From positions 25,725-89,724 of IMG/VR virus record IMGVR_UViG_3300006217_000018: a stretch of DNA of 64,000 nt; one strand, given 5' to 3'. Position 1 is the first letter of the stretch; each line of letters starts with the position of its first letter. The position numbers and the translations under genes are program-made. The notes below the pieces were generated by a model. The model was not told the origin of the DNA and ran no database searches. It saw only the letters and a list, made by a program, of their open reading frames with translations. This document shows positions 55,503 to 64,000 of this stretch, in pieces. The stretch is from a virus (taxonomy: Duplodnaviria; Heunggongvirae; Uroviricota; Caudoviricetes).

Positions 55503-55882
55503 ATAAAGATATTGAAGATGTAGAAGAGTATTTAAAAAATGTTGACTCATATGTAGAAATTTGTATTAAAACAAAGAAAAGTAATGTAGATAAAATCAAG
55601 GAATATGCAGAAAGTTTAGAACGGAAATAGTATTGAAACCGATATGAAGAATCTCCATATAGAGGTACATATATAAATCTAGCTGCATGGTGTAATCAAC
55701 CATCTGCATTTAAGAAGAAGTCATATAAAGAATTTGTTAAATATCAACAGTCAAGGCACCAAAAAGAATGTTCCGAAATGAGATATTTGAAACAAGTTGA
55801 AAAAGATATTCCTGAGTTGGCAAAGAAATATTTTGATATGAAATTTATGGATTTTGAATGATCAGATATTGGAGGAAAAATT

Positions 55883-56362
55883 ATGAGAGTGCAACAGATT
55901 CCGAATTATGAATTAATTATAAAGACAAACAGTTATACGGGAAATTTTGAAAGAGAACTAATAAGTTATGCCTTGGGAACGCTTGATAATGTCCAGATGG
56001 AAATGGGTAATTTTCATGGCGATTATGAAATGGATTTGTTTTGGGAAGAGGAATTCAGTTCTAAAAGAAAAGATTACTATGATGATTATGAGTTAAAAGA
56101 CGAATATTTAATGGAAACATATCAAGATGTTGATGATTGGGAACAGATGACATTTTATCATATGACAGATGAGTGTAATTCATTAGCAATTCAGTTGGTA
56201 AAACCCTTAAATGAGTACTGGGAAGAAATTGTTATTAGAAGAATCAAAAAGTTTTTTGATGAGCGTCCATGCAGATATAACTATACATTGTCTGAAGGCA
56301 CAAAATTGGTAGATTTATATCTGATTGATTCAAATGAAAATAGAATCAAAGATTATATGTGA
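55883..56362 (+). CDS. hypothetical acidic protein
   Basis: 159 aa. Confidence 0.4.
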   Translation: MRVQQIPNYELIIKTNSYTGNFERELISYALGTLDNVQMEMGNFHGDYEMDLFWEEEFSSKRKDYYDDYELKDEYLMETYQDVDDWEQMTFYHMTDECNSLAIQLVKPLNEYWEEIVIRRIKKFFDERPCRYNYTLSEGTKLVDLYLIDSNENRIKDYM

Positions 56363-56508
56363 GGTAACAAAACCAGAGATTCATCGGTAAATTAGAAAAA
56401 TTTTAAGGAGGAAAAGAGATTTGACATGTCGTAAAGTATACTTTGCTCCTGATAAATTTGATAGAACTGAAGAGAGAAAAGAAATCTGATAAAGATGTGC
56501 AATATTTA

Positions 56509-57000
56509 ATGTCTATTCATTATTCACATCCAAAAGGATTTGTAGGTAGACAGTTAATTTATAATATTTTTGACGAAAATGAATTTGTTGGTGTTATTGT
56601 TGGTGGATCAGCAACATTACACTTACCAAACAGAAATGAGTTTTTTGAAGAAGATTATTACATAAATGGAATTATTAATAACAATTTCTTTCATTTGATA
56701 GACAATCATGGAGATAGAAATTTAGGAACAAAGGTGTTATCTAAATGGAGAAAACAAGTAGTACTTGATTGGGAGGAGAGGTATAAAGATAAAGTAATTG
56801 GTTTTGAAAGTCTTGTAGAATTGCCAAGGACGGGTGCTATATACAAAGCTGATAACTGGACTTTAATAGGACAGACTAAGGGGTTTACATGTAGGAGGGT
56901 TCCAGGACATGAGATAGGTGTATTTACTGGTGGGAAAAGAGTGTGGAATACAAAGCCGGATGAATTAAAACCCAAGTTGGTGTTCTGTAAAAGGCTTTGA
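56509..57000 (+). CDS. hypothetical protein
   Basis: likely start at MSIHYSHPKGFVGRQLIY (ATG 56509) within track ORF 56443-57000. Confidence 0.4.
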   Translation: MSIHYSHPKGFVGRQLIYNIFDENEFVGVIVGGSATLHLPNRNEFFEEDYYINGIINNNFFHLIDNHGDRNLGTKVLSKWRKQVVLDWEERYKDKVIGFESLVELPRTGAIYKADNWTLIGQTKGFTCRRVPGHEIGVFTGGKRVWNTKPDELKPKLVFCKRL

Positions 57001-57072
57001 AAGGTTAATTTCAACAGGACAACTTATTAAAAAAGAATATAAAATCAGAAAGGAAAACAAAGTGTAGCTACT

Positions 57073-57834
57073 GTGAACCATATGGACTTTCTGGTGAACA
57101 AAATAAAATACGTTGGTAGTAAAAATAGATTAGCAAAACATTTAGTGCCGATTATCCAATCTTATATTACAGAAGATACAAAAGGATATTTAGAACCATT
57201 CGTAGGCGGTGCTAATATGATTGATAAAATTCAATGTAATCATAAGATTGGCACAGATATCCATAAATATTTAATTGCAGTTTTAAAAAAAATAGAAAGA
57301 GGCTGGATCCCTCCAAAGGAATTTACAGAAGAGGAATATAGAGAAATACAATTTAACAAAGAGAAATATCCAGATTATTTAGTTGGTTACGTAGGATTTC
57401 AATTATCATATGGCAGCAAATGGTTTGGAGGTTATCGAAGGGATAAAACTGGGAAAAGAAATTATTCTTTAGAAGCATATAATAATACGATAAAACAGAT
57501 TCCGAATTTAAAAGGCATAAAATTTGGACAATGTGATTTTAAAGATTTGCCTTTAGAGAAGATAAAAGACTATGTTATTTATTGCGATATTCCTTATCGT
57601 GGAACCACGAAATATAAAACAGAAATATTTTCATACGAAGAATTTTATGACTGGGTTAAATCGGCGAGTGAAAATAATGTTGTATTGATAAGCGAATATT
57701 CAATGCCAGAGGAATTTACCTGTATCTGGTCTAAAGAAACAAAGACCCTTTTAGACTGCAATAAAAGTAAATCGGATGATGCCAATATTAGGATGGAAAA
57801 ACTGTTTACATATAACAAAGGCAGGTTGCTCTAA
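57073..57834 (+). CDS. Dam-family N6-adenine DNA methyltransferase (alpha class)
   Basis: KYVGSKNRLAKHL...YLEPFVGGANM (motif I) followed by DIPYRG (motif IV). Confidence 0.75.
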   Translation: MNHMDFLVNKIKYVGSKNRLAKHLVPIIQSYITEDTKGYLEPFVGGANMIDKIQCNHKIGTDIHKYLIAVLKKIERGWIPPKEFTEEEYREIQFNKEKYPDYLVGYVGFQLSYGSKWFGGYRRDKTGKRNYSLEAYNNTIKQIPNLKGIKFGQCDFKDLPLEKIKDYVIYCDIPYRGTTKYKTEIFSYEEFYDWVKSASENNVVLISEYSMPEEFTCIWSKETKTLLDCNKSKSDDANIRMEKLFTYNKGRLL

Positions 57835-58661
57835 GATTGTTTTATTCCAAAACGGAGGGAAAATATGTTGTAATGGGAAATAAAAGAATGTAGATTTGAA
57901 GAAGGAACATTTAAAATTGGTCATACAATATATTTAGAGGATAATATACAACACCACTTTGGTTTTCATAGAAAATGTGGATATTGCGATAATACAGGAG
58001 AGATTTTGTATAGATATAAAAAGTTTACTTGTCCTGAATGTAAAGGTGAATTTGAACATAAAGAAGTTATAGAAAAAATAGTTAGCAAACCTATAAAGAT
58101 TGGAGCCAGTATACGTTTAAAAAATAGTAAAAATCATTAGAAATATATACAACTGACGATGATGGCTACGGATTAATAATCAATAAGAACCCTGGCATAG
58201 GTGTTTTTGCAAACAAAAAGGAAGCCCAAGAGTCGTGTGATAAATATAATAAGGAACATAACGTGAGTTTTCTATTAGAGAAATACAACCTTCAAAAAGA
58301 AATGGAAAATAGCTAACAGGGGAGGCAATAATTTGGATAAGATATATGTGATTGTGGTGATGGAAAATTTGAAAATTAACGAAAAATGAAGATTCCTGAG
58401 TTCGGATGCTCCTAGGTTGTTGGATGGTATCAAAATTTTGAGAACGCTTATTCATCAGTTACAGAAAATTGCTGTGATATAAATGAGAGATGCTATAATT
58501 ATGCGCTTATAGAAGAAGTCTATGAAGGATTATATAATCCAGCAGTAAATAGATGGTGGTTTAAATTTGATTGGACAAAAGAAGAATATATAGAGATTAA
58601 AGATCCTGAATTTGTAAAAGAAACTTGTGGCTTCACAATTTTGCGATAAAAGGAGGAAATC

Positions 58662-59234
58662 ATGAAATTATTTTTTGATACAGAATTTACAGGACTGTAT
58701 AAGGGAACAACCCTTGTCAGCCTGGGAATTATTGCAGAGGATGGCAAGAAATTTTATGCAGAATTTACAGACTACGATAAAACTCAATGTGATGATTGGA
58801 TTAAGAAAAATGTAATAACCAATACAGTGATTGGCGGGAATAATACTCTTTATGAGTTGCATCAAAACATGAAAAATCTTATTGTTTCGGTCGGAACAAA
58901 AAAACAAATTCGTAGCGAACTATTAAAATGGCTGCAACAGTATGCAGATATTCAGTTTCTGTCCGATGTGAGTCACTATGATTTTGTCTTACTGATTGAT
59001 ATTTTCGGCGGTGCGTTTGATTTACCTGGGAATGTGTCAGCGGCTTGCCATGATATCAATCAGGACATTGCAAAGCATTATGGTATTTCTGACAGAGAAG
59101 CCTTTGATAAGAGCAGAGAAGATATTGTTTCCGAACTGTGCGGGCAACAAATTGAGGGAGAAAAACATAATGCCCTTTATGACGCAGAGGTTATCAAGGC
59201 AATTTATGAAGAATTATATAAAATAATGGATTAG
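58662..59234 (+). CDS. DEDDh 3'-5' exonuclease (DnaQ/oligoribonuclease-like)
   Basis: FFDTEFTGL (Exo I), HNALYDAEV (Exo III H-x4-D). Confidence 0.65.
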   Translation: MKLFFDTEFTGLYKGTTLVSLGIIAEDGKKFYAEFTDYDKTQCDDWIKKNVITNTVIGGNNTLYELHQNMKNLIVSVGTKKQIRSELLKWLQQYADIQFLSDVSHYDFVLLIDIFGGAFDLPGNVSAACHDINQDIAKHYGISDREAFDKSREDIVSELCGQQIEGEKHNALYDAEVIKAIYEELYKIMD

Positions 59235-59443
59235 GAGAGACATATGGTAAAGTATTTTTGTGATTTTTGCAAGAAAAATTCTAAGACAGAAAGCATTGAA
59301 CTTCCAACCTTAGAGTGTAGGGGGATTGGATTTTTACAATGAGTCTGTTTTTGATGTTACAATAAAGAAATTTGATATTTGTATAGAATGTTTAGAGTAA
59401 ATAGCAAAAGAAGTTTATAAGAAAACAGAATCGAGGTAAAAAT

Positions 59444-59737
59444 ATGGTCGAATCGTTAAAAATAAGTGAACTAAAAAATGTAATAGAAGGACTATTAGAA
59501 AAATGTAATCCGAGAGGGGAAGTTGCTGTCATTTCTTCCCAATATGGAATAGATGTGTTTTCCGAATTAGAAGAGGAACTTGGTGATAACTACATATTTG
59601 AAAAGTTGGCAGTACCAGAAAATTATCTTTGTGGCAACGATACTATTATCTTTGTTCCCAGCAATAAAATAAAATATACAAATAAAAGTGAAACTGTAGA
59701 CAATTTTCCCCTAAAAAGTCAATTAAGAGAAAAATAA
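59444..59737 (+). CDS. hypothetical protein
   Basis: 97 aa. Confidence 0.35.
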   Translation: MVESLKISELKNVIEGLLEKCNPRGEVAVISSQYGIDVFSELEEELGDNYIFEKLAVPENYLCGNDTIIFVPSNKIKYTNKSETVDNFPLKSQLREK

Positions 59738-59739
59738 TT

Positions 59740-60363
59740 ATGAGATATAAATATCCAAGAACTTATCATTTGCCATATTCAAAAGGGCATACAAGTGATG
59801 ATAAGGTATTGAAAAATGATAACCAATTCCGTGGGAAAGAAGTAGTGATAACAGAAAAAATGGATGGCGAGAATACGACTATCTATAAAGATTATTATCA
59901 TGCAAGAAGTATAGAATCATCACATAAAGACTACCATTCTTGGCTCTTAAATTATATAAGATATTTTCAGTATTTAATTCCAGAGGGATATAGGATATGT
60001 GGAGAATATCTGTATGCACAGCATTCGATAAAATATATTGATTTAAAATCGTTTTTTCTGGTGTTTTCAGTGTGGGAAAGCAATAGATGCTTATCATGGG
60101 ATGATACAGAAAAATTTTGCGATATGATAGGGGTTGAAACAGTTCCTGTATTATATAAAGGTATTTATGACATAGAAAAAACAGTTGGAATTGCAAGAGA
60201 AATTGTCAAACAAGGGGGTGAGGGGATAGTGGTTAGAAATACAGACTCTTTTATGTATAACGACTTTTGTAATAATGTTGCAAAATATGTTAGAGAAAAC
60301 CATATCCAAACAGATGAGCATTGGGATGTGCAAACGACAAAGAAAAATAAATTAAAAAAATGA
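59740..60363 (+). CDS. minimal ATP-dependent RNA ligase (PF09414-type nucleotidyltransferase)
   Basis: PRTYHLPYSKGHTSDDKVL, motif I EKMDGENTTIY (KxDGxN), III GEYLYAQHS, IV EGIVVRN, V AKYVRENH. Confidence 0.6.
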   Translation: MRYKYPRTYHLPYSKGHTSDDKVLKNDNQFRGKEVVITEKMDGENTTIYKDYYHARSIESSHKDYHSWLLNYIRYFQYLIPEGYRICGEYLYAQHSIKYIDLKSFFLVFSVWESNRCLSWDDTEKFCDMIGVETVPVLYKGIYDIEKTVGIAREIVKQGGEGIVVRNTDSFMYNDFCNNVAKYVRENHIQTDEHWDVQTTKKNKLKK

Positions 60364-60617
60364 CAAGGAATTTTATGCGGTGGAGGAATAGACATCTATG
60401 TAAACAGATGGTAAAAAGAAACAGATAGAGTGCTGCTTCATGATCCGAAGTGAGCGAGATATCAGCTAATAATTAGGCGTTTCTTAATTGTAGACTCTAG
60501 GGAAAGGTTCTGTAGTAGCCGAAGGGTGAATCTGGTATAGGAAAGTGAGTAGTGTGGCAGAACTATGTGAAGTGCAAATCTTCACCCGCATAATTCTATG
60601 AAAGGAGTGTTAGTATT
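60364..60617 (+). ncRNA. GC-richer structured non-coding region (candidate leader/sRNA)
   Basis: 254-nt ORF-free gap; hairpin GTGAAGTGCAAATCTTCAC; ends in RBS AAAGGAG for the next gene. Confidence 0.2.
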
Positions 60618-60821
60618 ATGGCATTAACGAAAAAACAGGAGAAGCAAATAAATAGAGAAATTAAATCAACTTTAGAAGAAGTCCGTTTTCAAGAATTAAA
60701 AGCTGGTGCTGCAGGTATTCTTGGAGCAGTCCTCGATATGTGTAATAGCGGTAAGATGAATGAAGATATCGTTAAAGATATTAGGGACTTCTGTGAAAAA
60801 TTTTTTGGTATAAAAAGTTGA
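60618..60821 (+). CDS. small hypothetical protein
   Basis: 67 aa. Confidence 0.35.
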   Translation: MALTKKQEKQINREIKSTLEEVRFQELKAGAAGILGAVLDMCNSGKMNEDIVKDIRDFCEKFFGIKS

Positions 60822-60831
60822 AATAAAGGAG

Positions 60832-61761
60832 ATGGATTGTTTGGTTAAAGTATTTACACATACAGATTTAGACGGCATTGGATGTGCAATATTAGCAAAA
60901 TTAGCTTTTCGGGGTAATGTTGATGTCGAATATTGCAATTATGATGAAATCAATGAGAAGATATCGGATTATATAAGTAACAACGATAATAAAAATTTAA
61001 TTTACATTACAGATATCAGCGTAAATGAAGAAGTGGCAAAACTATTAGATAAAAGAGGTAATGCTCAATTATTAGATCATCATCCAACAGCGTTGGACTT
61101 AAATAAATATAGTTGGTGTAGAGTGACAGTAGAAGAGCCTGGCGGATTGAAGACATCAGGGACAAAAATGTTTTATCATTGGTTAGGCATGAATGGATGC
61201 TTCAATGATGAATTAGAAAATAATAAATTATTAGATGTATTTGTAGAATTGGTTAGAAATTATGATACGTGGAGATGGGCAGAACTTGGTGATGAAGGAA
61301 TTTTGTGTAAGCAGGTAAATGATTTATTGTACTTATATGGAAGAGAAAAATTTATTTCTTGGTGTATATCGAAAATATTCTGTGGTGATTCTTTCAATTT
61401 GGATGATACAGATAAACTCCTCTTAAACATTATACAGAAAGAAATTGACGATTATATAGAAAAAAAGGATAAACAGCTATTTACATTGCCAATATGTGGT
61501 TGGATTGCAGGATGTGTATTTGCAGAAAAGTATTTTAGCGAACTTGGGAATAGGTTATGTAAGATGCATCCTGAAATTGATTTTATTGCAATGATTGATA
61601 TGGACGGGACTGTATCATATAGAACTATTAGAGAAGACTTGAATTTAGGGCAAACAATTGCTAAACAATTTGGAGGAGGAGGGCATCCTAAAGCAGCAGG
61701 ATCTCAATTCCCAAAAGAAATATTACTAAAAACGATCAAAGAAATTTTTAATAGGGAGTGA
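60832..61761 (+). CDS. DHH-DHHA1 phosphoesterase (NrnA-like nanoRNase / pAp phosphatase)
   Basis: N-terminal FTHTDLDGIGCA (DHH motif I-II) and C-terminal GGGGHPKAAG (DHHA1 GGGH motif). Confidence 0.65.
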   Translation: MDCLVKVFTHTDLDGIGCAILAKLAFRGNVDVEYCNYDEINEKISDYISNNDNKNLIYITDISVNEEVAKLLDKRGNAQLLDHHPTALDLNKYSWCRVTVEEPGGLKTSGTKMFYHWLGMNGCFNDELENNKLLDVFVELVRNYDTWRWAELGDEGILCKQVNDLLYLYGREKFISWCISKIFCGDSFNLDDTDKLLLNIIQKEIDDYIEKKDKQLFTLPICGWIAGCVFAEKYFSELGNRLCKMHPEIDFIAMIDMDGTVSYRTIREDLNLGQTIAKQFGGGGHPKAAGSQFPKEILLKTIKEIFNRE

Positions 61762-62130
61762 ATGAAAAATATGGAAGATAAAGATGTGGTTTTAGTAGGA
61801 TTTGATATTTATAGTTATGTGAAAGAAATTTTTGAAAACTTTGCATTAGGGGATAAGCCAGGTATGAGTAGTGAAGAAAAAGTAGCTTATAAATTAGGCG
61901 CAGACAGCGTATTGAGTTTGCTTTCTCAGGTCTTAAATGAAATGACGGGTAAAAATGATGATTTGTATACAGATGCGAATTATATTGCCGTCCATGTGCC
62001 AGGACTAAAGACAATGGAAGAGTTTTCTGTAATTGATGAAATTCTTTCAGAGAAACTATCAAATCCTAATAGGGGCAAAAGAGGAAAAACAAAAATATTA
62101 GAGCAACGCATAAATGGAGAATATAATTAA
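61762..62130 (+). CDS. hypothetical protein
   Basis: 122 aa. Confidence 0.4.
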   Translation: MKNMEDKDVVLVGFDIYSYVKEIFENFALGDKPGMSSEEKVAYKLGADSVLSLLSQVLNEMTGKNDDLYTDANYIAVHVPGLKTMEEFSVIDEILSEKLSNPNRGKRGKTKILEQRINGEYN

Positions 62131-62157
62131 AAAATCAGAGAGAGGAACAGTAATATA

Positions 62158-62559
62158 TTGAAGAAGAAATTAGTTGGATTATTATTTGCGGGATGCCTAG
62201 GGTGTGGTCTGTTTGCTGGATGTAATACTGAAGCACAAAGAGTAGAATACAACATTTCTCAGGAGGCAGATAATTTTAATATAGTCCGCCAATTGACAGT
62301 AATTAATTGTATTGGCGGAGACATATTATTTCAGATGTCTGGAAGGATGTCAATTAAAGCGGATAGGTCTGATAATCAGCTTGAAATAATCGTAGAAAAT
62401 GGCGGCACATATACAAAACATTTTGTGGGATTAAGTGACAATGTTACATATGTGATTGAAGATTTGAATTTAGGAGCAAACGCAGTTTCTAAATATAAGT
62501 ACACACTGAATTTTAACCCAAATATGTGGATTCCTGTGAATGTAAAAAGGATTGATTAA
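62158..62559 (+). CDS. lipoprotein
   Basis: MKKKLVGLLFAGCLGCGLFAGC signal peptide with lipobox. Confidence 0.5.
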   Translation: MKKKLVGLLFAGCLGCGLFAGCNTEAQRVEYNISQEADNFNIVRQLTVINCIGGDILFQMSGRMSIKADRSDNQLEIIVENGGTYTKHFVGLSDNVTYVIEDLNLGANAVSKYKYTLNFNPNMWIPVNVKRID

Positions 62560-62623
62560 AAAAAGAGTAATGTGAATTTTAATAAGGTTATTCCAAAACA
62601 TATTGTTACTGAAAGAACGATAA

Positions 62624-62944
62624 TTGCTTTGGAATAACGAAAGCACGATTTCCTTGGGTGTCGGAGGTGAAAATATGTATAAAGTGAAACGAGCAATTAG
62701 TGATTTCAATAAACATTATTCGGATAGAAAAGTTGCAAAACGAGTAATGAACAAAATTAGGTATAATATTGTGAATCACATTTATGATCAAAGCTCTGTA
62801 GGAACGTGGTTTAATGGTTTGACAAAAGGAACAATTAAAATATTAAAAGATAATGGATATATTATAAGAAAATCTGCAAGTGAATCAAATCAATATGCAG
62901 TTTTGTTTAAACAATCAGATATCGGACTATCGTTGGATGAATAG
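62624..62944 (+). CDS. hypothetical protein
   Basis: 106 aa. Confidence 0.35.
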   Translation: MLWNNESTISLGVGGENMYKVKRAISDFNKHYSDRKVAKRVMNKIRYNIVNHIYDQSSVGTWFNGLTKGTIKILKDNGYIIRKSASESNQYAVLFKQSDIGLSLDE

Positions 62945-62982
62945 ATGTTTATTAAATATTAGCATAGAAGGAGAATGTGTAA

Positions 62983-63303
62983 ATGGATTGTAAATATCCG
63001 GTTGAAAATAGAAGTTATAAAACATGTATATTGTGTTCTGAGAAAAATATCTGCGAAAATTCAACTATCGTAAATGATACGGCAACATTATTATCCGCAG
63101 GTGAAGCACATAAAAAGACAGTAGATAATATTAAAGATTGTTCAACAAAAGAGTTGGCAGAAATCAGTAAAAGAATTAGTGATGCTATCGCAAATGGTAA
63201 GTTTTTTATTAGTGGTGATGGCTATTTACAAGATGAAACAACTCAAAGATTAGAAGAACTTAGTTATAAAATTCAGCAGTATTGGAGTATTAGTTGGAAA
63301 TAA
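62983..63303 (+). CDS. hypothetical protein
   Basis: 106 aa. Confidence 0.35.
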   Translation: MDCKYPVENRSYKTCILCSEKNICENSTIVNDTATLLSAGEAHKKTVDNIKDCSTKELAEISKRISDAIANGKFFISGDGYLQDETTQRLEELSYKIQQYWSISWK

Positions 63304-63353
63304 TATTCGAAACTGGATTTCATGGTTGATTGAAGGAACGGAGGTAAGTTTAT

Positions 63354-64000
63354 TTGGCAGTAGAATTAAAAGTGAATGTGATAAATTAACTTAAATTGCT
63401 TCGCCAAAGCACATTTAAAGATATATATTGTTTCCTTGATGAAGATGTACAGAATGCTCAGAGAGCAAAAGCAACAGAAGTAAAGGTTACTGTTGATAGA
63501 TGGGGAGAAGGAAGCGTTACTATTGAGAACAATGGTAATATACTTACTAATCCACAGGCATTATTCTCTATTGCAGAAAGCGATTGGGATGAAGAAGTAA
63601 GAAATAGTGAAAATCCTTTTGGTATGGGATTCTTTAGCAACATTACTGTCAGTAATCTTATCAATGTTCATTCAGGAAACACATATATCACATTTGATGT
63701 AGAAGATATGATTTCTACCAACAATACAGAAATCAAACTAGAAGAAATAGATGAATATTATGATGGATTTAAACTAATTCTTAGAAATTTTGATTTTAAT
63801 ATAGCGAGTGAATATGATATACAGGAGCGTGTAGAAGTTCTCGGAAAATATATTCATGAGTTAGGCATTTATTATAATGGAGAACCAATTGAAGAAAAGG
63901 AACTGACAGAGGGTGATGGCAGCAAGTATCAATTTTCTGTAGATGATGAAAATTGCAAAGGTTGGATTGCATTAGGAAATAATTACTCTTGGGGAAATAA
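63354..64000 (+). CDS. GHKL-type (HATPase_c-like) ATPase, partial at window end, with an in-frame TAA near its start
   Basis: N-box-like DEDVQNAQRA, G1-like ENNGNIL, G2-like NPFGMGFFS; RBS GGAGG then TTG at 63354, 11 codons, TAA at 63387-63389, then the open frame runs to the window end with no ATG. Confidence 0.4.

Noticed and set aside
1899-63664. Minus-strand ORFs listed in the six-frame track inside + strand genes (for example 1899-2126, 4473-4856, 15780-16280, 22443-22778, 35990-36331, 41866-42276, 45603-45914, 63458-63664)
   Set aside because: They are fully embedded antisense to well-supported + strand genes, lack RBS, and have low-complexity or hydrophobic translations typical of AT-rich shadow ORFs. 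Only 2200-2412 and possibly 43437-43661 are credible minus-strand genes.
1-64000. Stop-codon reassignment (TAG or TGA recoding), as seen in some gut phages
   Set aside because: Nearly all + strand ORFs are long and uninterrupted under the standard code. The only in-frame stops (MTase at 52760, GHKL at 63387, ARH remnant) are isolated and better explained as frameshift or pseudogene events. The one tRNA-like gene reads CAU, not a suppressor anticodon.

Overview
This window reads as an early or accessory region of a large, low-GC (about 33-35 %) tailed-phage or prophage genome, Firmicutes-like in codon use and Shine-Dalgarno style. Coding is dense and almost all on the + strand. No structural, terminase or integrase genes are visible. 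The start carries a lysogeny/regulation-style module: a BRO-N/KilAC antirepressor, a Uma2 endonuclease, a divergent HTH repressor with twin palindromic operators, and a solo MazF/PemK toxin. The rest is dominated by host-takeover and counter-defence functions:
- a complete four-step NAD+ salvage/de-amidation route (PncA-PncB-NMNAT-NadE plus a metallophosphoesterase);
- an RNA/tRNA repair suite: a Thg1-like 3'-5' polymerase, an Rnl2-like ligase, a P-loop polynucleotide kinase fused to an HD domain, a second minimal RNA ligase, a DEDDh exonuclease, a DHH-DHHA1 nanoRNase, an MBL hydrolase and a pol-beta nucleotidyltransferase;
- an RlmN/Cfr-family radical-SAM methyltransferase;
- an adenylosuccinate-synthetase (PurA) homologue, a candidate PurZ;
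- two giant TerD-domain proteins plus TerY-like vWA proteins;
- several DNA methyltransferases (one C5, one Dam, one frameshifted beta-class N6/N4, fragments), a PAPS-reductase-like PP-loop enzyme and a DUF262/ParB-like nuclease;
- an ADP-ribosylglycohydrolase remnant.

Unexplained sequence-level structure includes two arrays of four copies each of a 22-bp GGCTATA...CTTCCTTCT motif, one of which holds a tRNA 3'-half/5'-start junction; two (NNGTT)n pentanucleotide arrays; and a three-member paralogue family with an identical N-terminal 17-mer (MK-R-DFVTNSSSSSF) wrapped around a radical-SAM/SPASM-like gene. All calls rest on motif recognition by eye; no database search was run.

The supplied ORF track and my reading of the displayed sequence disagree locally by about 1 nt near 29288/29520, so coordinates I derived myself may be off by 1-2 nt.
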